A DNA stretch of 64,000 nt from Vezdaea acicularis. Lineage: Eukaryota. Made by a program: the position numbers and the translations under genes. Every line of letters begins with the position of its first letter. Position 1 is the first letter of the stretch. Under the pieces are notes generated by a model that made no database searches, was not told where the DNA came from, and saw nothing but the letters and a program-made list of their open reading frames with translations. Positions 1 to 12,006 of the stretch are shown here, piece after piece. The DNA is taken from contig JAPEUI010000008.1 of assembly GCA_026025075.1 (NCBI GenBank), forward strand, positions 1 through 64,000, in the 5' to 3' direction.

Positions 1-1400
1 CCCCGGGCAGCTGGCTTCGCTCCGGGCTCGCTGGGGCGCTCCCACAAGCGCTTGAAGCGCTCCAAGCCTGGGGCGGCCGGCTTTGCTCCGGGCTTGCTGG
101 GGTGCTGCAGCAAGCGCTGCTTCAAGCACTTGAAGCCCAAAGCAATCGGCTGTGCCCTGGGCTCGCTGGGGCGCTTTCAAGAGTGCTTGAAGTGCTTTAA
201 GCGCTTCAAGCTCCAGGCAGCCAGCTTCTCATTGAGTTTGCTAGAGCGCTCCTATGAGCGCTTCAAGCGTTTGAAACGCTTAAAGCGCAATGCTATTCAC
301 GCTCAAATTGCCGATTTTGAGCTTTTTGCACTGCTAAAAAAATATTTTTAATTATTGAATAGAATATTTTAGTATTTTAATATTATTAATTCCTAAATTA
401 ATTAATCTAATATTAAAAGTAAAAATAATTGATAAAAATAGTTAAAATCTTGTTAGATATTGATGAAAATAATTAATAGAAAAACATTGGTACGATTTTA
501 TCAAGAATTTTTTTGGAGCAATAAAACAATTTATATTTGAAAATAACTAATACTAACATTTTTGAAAAATTCCTTGCAATTTGATATTTAAAAAATAATT
601 AAAACATGAATCAATTAGATTTAATAGATGCGTTCATTTATTTTATCCGCGACACCTAAAACTTTATGCAGTTCATATTGATACATATTGTATCATAATT
701 AATTTAATATTTTTAGAATAGTTGAAGCAATTAAAATATTAAGTATAAGCAAAACCGCAATTGCGTAAAGATTTAAAATTTTTGATTTAATAAACATATT
801 ACAAAAATGAATGTATTAAATTTTAGGCATTTAAAGCACTTAAAATGCTTGTAGAAACGCTCCAGCTAGTTCAAAGCGGAGCCAGCCGCCCCAGGCTTAA
901 GCGCTTCAAGTGCTTAAAATAGAGCTCTAGTAAGCCCAGAGCAGAGCCGGCCGCTCTGGACTTTAAGTGCTTTAAATGCTTAAAGCAGAACCCCCAGCAA
1001 GCCTAGAGCGAAACCAGCTGCCTGGCGATTTGAGCGCTTCAAGCGCTTCAAACGCTCGCGGAAGCGCCCTAGCAAGCCCAGGGCAAAGCCGGCCGCCCTT
1101 GGCTTGGAGCGCTTTAAGCGCTTCAAGTAGCGCCCCAGCGAGCCCGGAGCAAAGCCAGCTGCCTGGGGCTTTGAGCGCTTCAAGCGCTTGAAGTAGTGCC
1201 CCAGCGAGCCCGGAGCGAAGCCAGCTGCCTGGGGCTTTGAGCGCTTTAAGCGCTTCAAGTAGCGCCCCAGCGAGCCCGGAGCGAAGCCAGCTGCCCGGGG
1301 CTTTGAGCGCTTCAAGCGCTTGCGGGAGCGCCCCAGCGACCCCGGGGTGAAGCCGGCTGCCTCAGGCTTCGAGCGCTTGAAGCGCAGGCAAGCCGGTAGC
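1..1400. repeat. Foldback-like structure: two oppositely oriented arrays of GC-rich ~66-bp tandem units around an AT-rich core; left arm truncated by the window edge
   Basis: 1-40 (ccccgggcagctggcttcgctccgggctcgctggggcgct) is the exact reverse complement of 1261-1300. Units in the right arm repeat every 66 bp (1130, 1196, 1262). 300-850 is extremely AT-rich, and units degenerate toward it, as expected from RIP-like decay. Confidence 0.8.
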
Positions 1401-2553
1401 TAATAGCTCGCTAACGGCTCATGCCTTTACGAATAGGCGGTCGAAGGGCTACCATCCACCTATTCGTAAAGGCACTCGCTTACGAAAAACCGCATGCCAA
1501 GGGTGCTTGCCGTAGCAAAGGTCACGGGAAGGCGGGTTCATGACACCAGATTGATCATTTGAGTGGTGAGTGACTAAAAGGTGGAAAAAGAGTGAAAGAT
1601 TGCTAGGCGCTAATGATGTTCTGAAGCGGAATGGCCGGTAGCCACAGCCCATGATTCTCTTCTGAGGTAATTGACTCTCGAGCTTCTAAAATTAAAGTTT
1701 TTGTGCCAGCAACGACGCCGGGCTCCATTTTGGGATGCCTAGGGGGGAAGTCTTAATTTTCTTTTGTTTGCTTTAAACCAGGACCATCTTGAAAGATGGG
1801 ATGCCCCTCTTTCTTTGCCAGCCATGATATGACTTATGAGAATTAATGTGCAGATTGGCTTCTGTGGTCGTGAGCGGACCTTTGCTGGCGCGATTTTGCC
1901 ATCGTAAGCTGGGATATGGCCATTTCTACAGGTACATCATACTGCAGCTACTTCATGCTATAGCTCGAGCTATCAACGTAAAACGCCACCAAGTGTTCTG
2001 GACATCTCAGGAATGCAAGGTTTTAAGCACGATCTTGCGGCTTTTTATCGAGTCTGGAAGTGTTTTTCGTGTTGGAAATTTTTTTTTCATATTAAATATT
2101 ACGGCAATTGTCTCGACACGTGGCACCCTCACTGTCCTGTGCACCTTAAGCTGAACTGCTGGATCGGGCGAGGCGCGACAAGGCCCAGCTCACCACCCTA
2201 TTTTCCCCCAAGGCTGCCCGGCGCTGCAGTAGACCTGAGCTCCGCGGTTACGCATAAACCTGCAGCTCGTTCCCTCATCATTGGTAGACCCTTCCCCTGC
2301 ACCGGCTGAGCTGAAACGCCAGCCCGCGCATTTGGCCAATTGCAAATGCGAAAGGGGTTCGCCTGGAGCGTCTGGTTTTCCTTGGGGCCTAGGTTGGTTA
2401 TTTATACACCTACCGCTCGTTTCTGTTCATCGTGTAGTAGATACGTTCGTTATGGTTCATTTTCAAGCCTGATGAAGGCCGCCGTGTCCTTTCCTGTCAT
2501 AGACTTTCGTATGACATCTTGCCATTTATCTCTGTTTGCTCTATTCTTAAATC

Positions 2554-5500
2554 ATGCCACGTCGTCTACTTAATATTTTGGGGAAGAAATCCAACGAGAA
2601 GGCTAAACAGGTTGCCGGAACAGAAGACGCTGAAGATGCGATCAATCAGCCCCCCGATAATACCGCATTCGGCTTGGACGTATGGGTCCCGGGCATTGAT
2701 CCGATAGTTGAGTATGTATCATTTTTTCTTTCTACAGTTCAATTTACCTGGCCTGTGCCGCCTTTGCTATATAAGTTATTTGCAATACCTAATGGCCGCG
2801 TTACGATTCTAGTATCATCGCAATACATGGCCTCAACGGGCATCGAGAAAAGACCTGGACAGCCAAGAATAATGTGAATTGGCTACGGGATTCGAATATG
2901 CTCTCGGCCACCATACCGAATGCCAGAATAATGAGCTGGGGCTACGATGCCAATACGCACAGTACGAAGGAATTGTCAGCAATGTACCTTTATGATCATG
3001 CGCAGAGGCTGGTGTCAGAGCTAAGTTTGTATAGACGAATGGATAAGGCAAATCATTCCACTCATATTATTGGATCTATACATTGAGTCTGAAACTGACT
3101 TTCGTAGACCGACACACGGCCTATTATCTTTGTTGCGCATAGTCTGGGAGGTATTGTTCTCAAAAGTGTCTGTACATCCTTTCTTAATCGAGGCATAAGC
3201 CCTAATAATAAGATCAGGCGCTACTTCATTCCGACTCCGCGCGACCAAACCATCTCTATTATCACAAATCTATCAAAACATCTACGTATGGCATATTGTT
3301 TATGGGAACCCCTCATCAGGGGGGTCAGGGCGTACCGTTGGGCAAGATGCTTGTTAATGTGGCCTCTATCTTTGTCAAGACTAACCAAAACCTCTTAAAT
3401 ATCCTCGAAAGGGATTCTGAAGCCCTGCAACAGCAACTTGGTCAATATGCCTCAATTAGTGGCGATTTCGAGACGAAGTTTGCTTTCGAGACCAAGGCCA
3501 CGCCTCTAGCTTTAGGTCAGGCTATGGTCGTTGTCCCAAAAGCCTCAGCCGTTGTCCCAGGCCAGGTAGATGCTGAGCCAATTGCTGTCATGGACAATCA
3601 CATCAACATGGTTAAGTTCTCGTCACCAAATAATGAGTACAACACGATAGCTGGCCATCTTAAACTAATGGCTGAAGAGGCCCCTATTAAAGTGCGGAAG
3701 AACTGGTCGACCGAGGGAAATATGGAAGCTGGTAAGTGACATTGGAATGATCTAAATATATCACCGGCTGTGTCAGCGTATTTTATTGTAATTTCAAAAT
3801 TTTGAATCCCTGTTCGAGTATGGTAGCTACTATTATCTTGAATATACTCCAATATTTGGATGGCTCGGAAAGCTGATTTCGTGCTGTAGCCCGTATTGGG
3901 AACCCTAAGTTGAACTTTGATGTTACCTTTGACTTGACGGGTATACCGAAGACCGGCACCTTCATTGGGCGCAAGTCAGACTTGAACTTGATTGAAGAAA
4001 ACTTGAAGCCTAGCGAAGTGTCAGACCGTCGTAAGATCTGCGTGATCCATGGATTAGGAGGCATGGGCAAGACTCAATTGGCCATTGAATACGCTAGGTT
4101 ACACAAGGCCATGTATACTTCTTTCTTCTGGCTTGATGGGAAGACCGAGGAGTCCTTGATTCAGAGCATTTTGCAGATAGCTCCACGTTTTCCAAAGGGC
4201 CAGATACCAGACCTAGATATTCAAGAGATCAAGAGCTTGGAAGAATCGAAGAAGATAGCGCAAGAAGTATTACAGTGGTTTGCTCTCAAAGGAAACACCC
4301 AATGGCTTTTGGTATTTGATAATATCGACAAGACATCTTATGGAGAAGAAGCGTCTGATCAGAGTACTGGCTCTCTGCCATCTTACGATATCACACAATA
4401 TTTTCCAAGAGGGGATACGGGCTCTATCATTGTTACTACACGCCTTCAGCGCCTTACATCTCTTGGTAGCGACGTTCATTTACGAAAGCTTGATCTTTCA
4501 GATGCTATTTTGATTCTTGAAAAGCATGCAAGACGAAGTCTGAAGCGCCCGGGCATTCAAAAACCTCTGAAACACGAGTTCGAGATTGAAGTGTGGGATC
4601 CAGGTTAGTTTTGTTTCATGTTCTTTGCAAAAGCAGTTGATGAGACTTTGTGTTTATATCTTTCTAGAGCTGACATCATCTCAGATGCAATTGAGCTGGC
4701 CAACCGACTCGAATGTCTTCCCCTGGCTTTGGTACTTGCAGGCTCTTACCTTTATAAAACAACAATTGCCAAGTATCTCGATTTGTATAGAAAATCCTGG
4801 AAAGAGCTCCATAGTGCAATAAAGAATCCGGAAGATTATCAACGAACTATTATAACAACTTGGCAAATCTCATTCGATGAGCTGAAGCGCAAAGATGAAG
4901 GAGCCGCAAAACTGCTGCAGTTATGGGGTTATCTTGACAACAAAGAGCTTTGGTTTGAGCTGTTATCATGGGGAGAATCTCGCAAAGTAGCTCCAGGCTG
5001 GCTTCAAAAAATTACGGCTTCTGAGATCAGCTTCTTTAAAACGATTGATAGTCTTTTGGAGTACTCGCTGGTTGAAGTAAATGATAAAAGCGAGAGCTAT
5101 TCAATGCACACAGTGGTTCATGACTGGATGCAGGCATCGATCAACAAGCAGAAAGATGAAGATCTTTTATATATAGCGATAACTACTATTGGCCTTGAAG
5201 TTCCAAGAGATAATGAAAGAGATTCTGGGGCTATGCAACGTCGGCTTTTGCCACATGTCATTCGATGTTCACAGTACTGGGGTCAAGTTAGTGAAGCTCA
5301 AAACAGCATAGACAAAAAGGTCTATCTTAGTAGTCTTAACAACCTCGGGAACCTGTACAGGGGTCAGGGCCGGCTGGCGGAGGCGGATGCGATGTACGAG
5401 CGGGCGCTGGCAGGGCTGGAGAAGGCGGTTGGGGCAGAGCACAGGTCGACGCTGGACACGGTCAACAACCTCGGGATCCTGTACTGGAATCAGGGCCGGC

Positions 5501-6792
5501 TAGCGGAGGCGGAGGCAATGTACGAGCGGGCGCTGGCAGGGTATGAGAAGGCGGTCGGGGCGGAGCACATGTCGACGCTGAACACGGTCAACAACCTCGG
5601 GCTGCTGTACAGGCATCAGGGCCGGCTGGGGGAAGCGGAGGCGATGTACGAGCGGGCGCTGGCGGGGCAGGAGAAGACGGTCGGGGCGGAACACATGTCG
5701 ACGCTGAACACGGTCAACAACCTCGGGATCCTGTACAGGCATCAGGGCCGGCTGGGGGAAGCGGAGGCGATGTACGAGCGGGCGCTGGCAGGGTATGAGA
5801 AGGTGGTCGGGGAGCAGCACATGTCGACGCTGAACACGGTCAACAACCTCGGGCTGCTGTACTCAGATCAGGGCCGGCCGGGGGAGGCGGAGGCGATGTA
5901 CGAGCGGGCGCTGGCAGGGCTGGAGAAGGCGGTTGGGGCAGAGCACATGTCGACGCTGGGCACGGTCAACAACCTCGGGATCCTGTACCGGGATCAGGGC
6001 CGGCTGGGGGAGGCGGAGGCGATGTTCAAGCAGGCGTTGGCAGGGCTGGAGAAGGCAGTTGGGGCAGAGCACAAGTCGACGCTAGACACGGTCAACAACC
6101 TCGGGACCCTGTATCAGAACCAGGGCCGGCTGGGGGAGGCGGAGGCAATGTTCAAGCAGGCACTGGCAGGGAAGGAGAAGGCCTGCGGTCTAGATCACAT
6201 ATCCACGCTCGAGACAGTCAACAACCTCGGGGTCCTGCACTGGAATCAGGGCCGGCTGGGGGAGGCGGAGGCGATGTACAAGCGGGCGCTGGCAGGGCTG
6301 GAGAAGGCCTGCAGTCCAGATCACACATCCACGCTCAGGACAGTCAACAACCTCGGGGTCCTATACAAGAATCAGGGCCGGCTGGGGGAGGCGGAGGCGA
6401 TGTACGAGCGGGCGCTGGCAGGGCTGGAGAAGGCGCTCGGGGCGGAGCACATGTCGACGCTGGACACGGTCCACAACCTCGGGGTCCTGTACTCAGATCA
6501 GGGCCGACTGAGGGAGGCGGAGGCGATGTACGAGCGGGCTCTGGCAGGGAAAGAGAAGTCGGTTGGGGCAGAGAACAGGTCGACGCTGGAAACGGTCAAC
6601 AACCTCGGGGTCCTATACGAGAATCAGGGCCGGCTGGCGGAGGCGGAGGCGATGTACAAGCGGGCACTGGCAGGGCTAGAGAAAGCGGTCGGAGAGGATC
6701 ACACGTCGACGCTTAGGACGGCCGAAAATCTCAGAAAGTTGTACGAAAAGCAAGGTAGAATCACGGAGGCAGAGGCTATACACCAGCGGTGA
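2554..6792 (+). CDS. NLR-like protein: SesB-like alpha/beta hydrolase - NB-ARC - TPR (11 well-conserved 42-aa repeats plus a degenerate one); about 5 introns
   Basis: Spliced reading gives IIAIHGLNG, nucleophile elbow FVAHSLGG, FMGTPHQG and NHINMVKF. Walker A GLGGMGKT, Walker B WLLVFDNID, IIVTTR and LPLAL are present. 126-bp TPR units span 5338-6790. Introns at about 2711-2811, 3048-3107, 3167-3217, 3732-3889 and 4603-4685. Confidence 0.92.
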
Positions 6793-7733
6793 TTTATATT
6801 CTGGAAGTTGTATCAGTGGTGCGAACGTATCAACCACAACCCCCTAATATTCCCGAAAGATCTACATCCCGTATTTGACCTTGTGGCCGGTGAAGAATTC
6901 TCCTCAGGGGGTTCACTAAAGTCTTGGATCGGCGTTTCCTGATCTCTTTCCTATAAGGCAGCTTGAGACATCGGCGGACCCTTGAATACACCACCCCCGA
7001 CATTTTCTCGCAGCGGTAGCATCATCATCACCATCGTCGTGGAGAGGAGCCGACGGCTGGGATATGCCCGTACGGAAGCGGGGGCTGGGAGATGTGGCAT
7101 GGGAAGAAGGTAGCCCGACGAGAGTTCTTCGGAGATTTGGTAGTGGTAAAGCATCGCATTGCGCTATGAGTTCAGACTTGTGGGAGTGTGGTCGAGCGGA
7201 CATGTGATGAGAGAAAAGGGGGAAAAGGGGTTGAGGATGCATTGGATAGGGGTATAGGGCTAAGGGCTGCGGAGGAAGGGTTACGGAGGTAGAGAGACTA
7301 GCTTGGGGCAGAGCTAGAGTGTACGACGTAGGAATGTGATGTGGTGATTTGCTATGCGGACAAGTAGTGAGAAATATAAGGCGCGGTGGCTGTGGATGTA
7401 TGGAGGGTTTGTGTGGGGGGAGGCAGTGGCTAGGACTTGGTGTGATGGAATGAGCATTTTCACGGGAGGTCTTAGGAAGGCAAGGGAAGAGTTGCGGGAG
7501 CAGGTGGGCATATTGCGTGGTATAAGCATGATCGCAGCCTCACGTTCATCGCATGCTTCTTCGAAGTCAACTAGGTTCTAGAAGCATCAGGAACGCCAAT
7601 CCATCCGCGGTTCCCATCGACCCGACACAGATCCTCGAGGTATCAAGCCTGAAAGGAGATTAACACACGGACATCTACTAGCTCATCACGCGAAACCCCC
7701 TTCCCCGCAACAGCAAGAAGCCCTTCCCCAGCG

Positions 7734-8748
7734 CTAGACCTCCACCTTCGATTCATCTAGAGGGAGCGCGTCCCTCCGCAGCTCGGGAAACTTACTCGTG
7801 ACGAGCTCCAGCAACGCCTCGTATAGGACCTGATACCCGGTGGGGCCGAGATGCAAGCCATCCGTGAAGTCATCTCGCGTGAAGGAGATGGCGCCTTTCA
7901 TGCCACTGCTGGGAAGTAACTCGGGATCTCCCTCCTCCTCCGCCGCCGCCGCCGCCGCCGCCGCCGCTGCTGCTGCCGTTGTTGGCGAGTTCTTCCGCCT
8001 CGCATGAGCGATCATGGCGCCGAAGAAGTCGAGACCGACGACGCGGTCGGATGAGGCCGCGTAGCTTCGGGCGATTTCCATGATTTTCTCGGCGTACTCC
8101 TTTTTTCGCAGGTAGTTTGCGAAGTTGAAGTAGTCGTCTTTGGAGGGGGGAAGGTTGATGGGCGGGGGGGTGATGAGGATGATCTTCGTCGTGGAGGTCC
8201 GCGGGTTCGAGAGTAGTTCGTCGACGCAGGAGCGGATGTTCTTCTCGAAATCGGGTAAGGAGACGTGAGGGGGCCAATGCGGGGCGCAGGCGTCGTTGGT
8301 GCCGAGGAAGATGGTGATGAAGAGAGGGGCAGGTCTGGAAGATTTCTCGACGCCATCGAGGATTTGTTGGAAGGGCCTCTTGATTTGATTGGTATTGTAG
8401 CTGTTCTAGATATTAGAGAATGGTGGTCATTGAAGTGTGTCATTGGTCAAGATGCTCCTTTTTGTGCGTACCCTGCGTATCCTGTAGTAGACAAGTATAA
8501 GCCTTGGCGCAGAAATTTGATACAGAGAACTAGTCTCAGGAGATGGCGCTACACGGGGTATCTCCATGCTGATGAAATGGCTCCCTGACTGCCGACTCAC
8601 CTTTATTGATCACATCAGCACGATTCTCATAATATTTTTCCAGCTGGGCTCCGAATCCGTTATCACTCAGGTCAAAGCCCCATTCCGTTAGTGAGTCGCC
8701 AAGGAGAATGATTTGAGGCAGGCTGGACGCCTCCGGCCCATGCTCCAT
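7734..8748 (-). CDS. SGNH/GDSL hydrolase (IAH1-like esterase), 3 exons including a 10-nt micro-exon
   Basis: Block I IILLGDSLTEWGF; block II KG-YAG-YNT restored by micro-exon 8472-8481; block III TIFLGTNDAC; block V FTDGLHL. A poly-Ala tract is encoded by a GCN microsatellite at ~7940-7978. Confidence 0.85.
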
Positions 8749-9535
8749 CTTTCCTGGAGCTGACTGAAGCAGGGTACGGATTCACGACACGATGTTTTGA
8801 GCAGACGTTGGCATCAACGTGGTCAGAGCGCAGTCGAGGGTTGCACGGATATACAAGTGGGCCGTGCATACGAGATAGGGCGAAAAGGCTTAGGTGAGGC
8901 GAGGTAAGGCAAGGTGAAACTCTGGGGTAGCACTCGTACAATCGCAAGTCTAGAACTAGATAAAGAAGCTCTCTTTAGGATTTACAGAGATTTATTCGTC
9001 ATCGTTGGGGCGTGTAGAATCCACGATGACAGCTGCTGCCTAGAATTGTGCGGGACTCGCCGGTGTGCAGCGATGATAGTTTCGCTGTAATTTAGGAACT
9101 CCTCGTGAAGCCTTTCCGGTTTTACTACAGCAGGTCTACAGCACGCAAGGAGGACATGCAGGAAGATTTCCTGACGACCTTTCCGCACGACTTTCACTTT
9201 CATGTTGAATGGATGTGATTCTCGCTAGACACCGCAATGTCGCCGCATGGCGGGGCAGCCAAACACCCCCTGTTACGCAGCAAGAATGAGCATAACTCAA
9301 CTAATTTAGTTTATACCATGTTTAAATTGATACGAGAAGTATAGTAATATGTAGAGAACTATTTCCGCTAGTTTGACGCATCCAGCTAGCTTATGTAATG
9401 CCAAAGTTGCGATTTCTAACCATTCCCCCCTGCCCCTTTAATCTACTCAAGATCTCCTTATACGACGAGTATTCATGCGCAAAGGGACTGCAAACGTGCA
9501 TTCTGGGTTACTAGTATTCTCTTCTAGTGACTTAC

Positions 9536-9894
9536 TGTAAGGGAGGGCACGATGTCTGCCCTGAATCCAAGAGTGTGGCAGACAGAGTGACGCCTACGTC
9601 CTGACTGTGTCGCTACTACGTGTTACGTAGTCAGCAGACGTAGAGGGTCGACTACGGTAGCTAGCGGTATAGATATAGAGCAATTAGATGGGTGAATATA
9701 GCTATATATATGATACATCCAAGGACTAGCTACTGCTCAAAGACTATTTGATGCCGAGTTCCTAGCGGGCCCGGTTTGATATATAAAAGAGGGGCTCGCT
9801 GACTAAGCGCCTCCTGACCGCCGGCTTGCCCTAAGCAAGGGCAACCGCCTGAGGTGCGCCAGTGCGTCATGGGTGGAGGACGCAGCGTCTTACA
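9536..9894. mobile_element. Possible solo LTR (~359 bp)
   Basis: Starts TGTAAG and ends CTTACA (6-bp terminal inverted repeat, TG..CA). Internal TATAAAAG and TpA-rich composition. No target-site duplication visible. Confidence 0.4.
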
Positions 9895-10280
9895 GATGTT
9901 ATGGCAGCGGGTTTGGTTGGAGGGATAGGATTATTGGTCGTTTTAAACGTCCGTTGAGAGGTAGCCTCTAGTTCAACGAGCCTGCTTTGTGTTTTGGTAG
10001 AAGTTCTTGGGTTTGGGGGCCATTCTTACTGTTGACGTGTGCTTCAAATTTTCACGTGTGTAAATTGCAATTCGTGTAGAGCGTGATGCATTAACCATCT
10101 AACATTTTTTAATCCTTACTTAGCTAGGTGACTGATGTTCATGCCACCAGCCCAACGGCAACTTTATTTGTTCGTGCGTTGACCATTGCTCTCCCAAAGC
10201 CGCTCTCTACCTTATTTGATTATAAATGTATTCATCTGTTCTCATCAAACCAGATCAGTAAACTCCGCAACGATACCACC

Positions 10281-10971
10281 TTATATGGATAGCGAAGTGG
10301 CCAACGTACCTCCAAAATACGCCCCCGTGTTGCTGTCATACGTCGTCTTATAGTCCAGGCTACATTGCCAGAACGCGTTGCTGAACTCATGGGTGACCAT
10401 AAACTGCACACAGCGATATCGCCCGTCACAGAGGTTCGCGCAATATGCGATCGCGCAATCCCGGTTTGCCGATGCGGCATCGCAAGGTGTGTTGACCTCT
10501 TCCAAGCGGTATACGGAGAAGTAAACATACGGCTGGCCACCGCATGTGTAGTTTACAAAGGTATACGTGTGCGGATTGGTGCTTGTAGACGTGATGGTTG
10601 GGCTGGCGGGACCGCCTTGGGAGATATAGTAAGTTGGAAGAAAATCAAAGAGGATGTCACAGAAAAAGGTACGAACATGTAAAGGAAGCGCTGGTTGAAG
10701 AGCTGGTCGAGGTCGACGTGGTCGCTGTTTGCGGCCCGATGACACAGGAGCAGGCACTAGATAGACGAGTGGCGGTCTGGCATTGCGAGGGGATAAAAGC
10801 CGGGTAACCGGTCGAAACTGTCGCAACAGCAGTGGTGAAGGTGGCGCAGAAGGAAGAGGCGGGCGTTGGTGTATTTTCGAAATTACGGTAACAGTCGTCA
10901 TGGTTGCAAGTTGCTGCCCAAATAGGAGAGAGGAGAAGGAAAAGACTAAGCAGAGATAGATTTGATATCAT
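10281..10971 (-). CDS. Small secreted cysteine-rich protein
   Basis: Hydrophobic signal peptide MISNLSLLSLFLLLSPIWA, CNHDDC...FC...SSACSC fungal extracellular motif and Ser/Thr linker. An intron at ~10617-10676 leads to a second Cys-rich domain. The 3' end is uncertain. Confidence 0.72.
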
Positions 10972-11790
10972 GTTGGCTCGATGAGGTTTGGATTTTGACA
11001 GTGAAGAGAAGCTAGCACAAAGATAGTGCTTTGCAAGTTACAGATTTTTCAGAGAGTCACCGAGTGACAAAGAGTGTGGGGCGCGAGAAAGAAATACTCC
11101 GGCAAGATATGAGCGCAGAAAATGCCTTGAGGGTCTGAGTCTTCATCATCTGGTGTGTAACCGCATGAATCCACAGCTTAATGACTAAATCAGGAAAGGC
11201 GAAGATGGTGGCTTGAATTTAGAGAACGACTTGCATGGTGGGCTTGAATCCTGCTTGAATAAGCCTATCAGAACTAACCAATCAAAGGTTCTTATTCCAT
11301 GATCTATGGACGGACGCAATTATATTAACCTCGTCCCTAGATCGAATCGACGCAAGCATCAGTGGTTCTGCTATAAGTTCTCGGTAATCCAGATGTTTAC
11401 AGGGTACCCTAAGATGAAATACAGAGGCTTCGTTGAGGGAGTACGTGAGTTTTACCCCACCATGCGTTGCTCCATTTTCCAGCACAAGCCATTTCAATTC
11501 TTCCTCAGCACGAGAATATCGGCATGGAGTGGTTATTTCTTATTCGAAGAAGGGGAGTCCAACCGGAACCGGCAATATTGTGGCTTATTGTCATTGCTCG
11601 TTTATGCAGCCGAGTTTATGCACGGGCGGTGATAGAAGGTAGAAAGAGCGATGGAGGGGTAACTGCGGAGAAAGGTCGCAAGTGCAACGTCAACAGGACC
11701 GGGGGAGGGGCGCCCGACGCGAGGCTTCTTCCCCGATTGGGCGACTGTTAAAAAACGGGATCGAGCAGCCTGCAAGTGAGAGCCCATCCG

Positions 11791-11863
11791 GTGCCTTCGA
11801 GTGTGTGGCATTTAGCTATAGGGGAGCCTTCGCTCATGCGCCATCAATTTTGACCACAGCTTC
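11791..11863 (+). repeat. Single copy of the dispersed 46-bp unit plus the ATGCGCCATCAATTTTG(T/A)CCACAGCTT end motif
   Basis: gtgccttcgagtgtgtggcatttagctataggggagcc...atgcgccatcaattttgaccacagctt matches 23797-23868 and 32232-32303. It lies ~145 bp upstream of the NACHT-WD40 ATG. Confidence 0.8.
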
Positions 11864-12006
11864 AGGCTTAGCATTAGCATCACCTGGTATAACGCGCCAT
11901 GAATCTAATGTCAACAGTTGTATGCAAACATCGTGGAGTGTGGATTATACAGCTAAATTATAACAATTGCGACCTGACGTCTGGTTAAGGTGCCGCCTTT
12001 ACCGGA

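Noticed and set aside
52..1315. ORFs 52-351, 976-1191 and 980-1315
   Set aside because: They are translations of the satellite repeat, with non-ATG starts and no domain signal.
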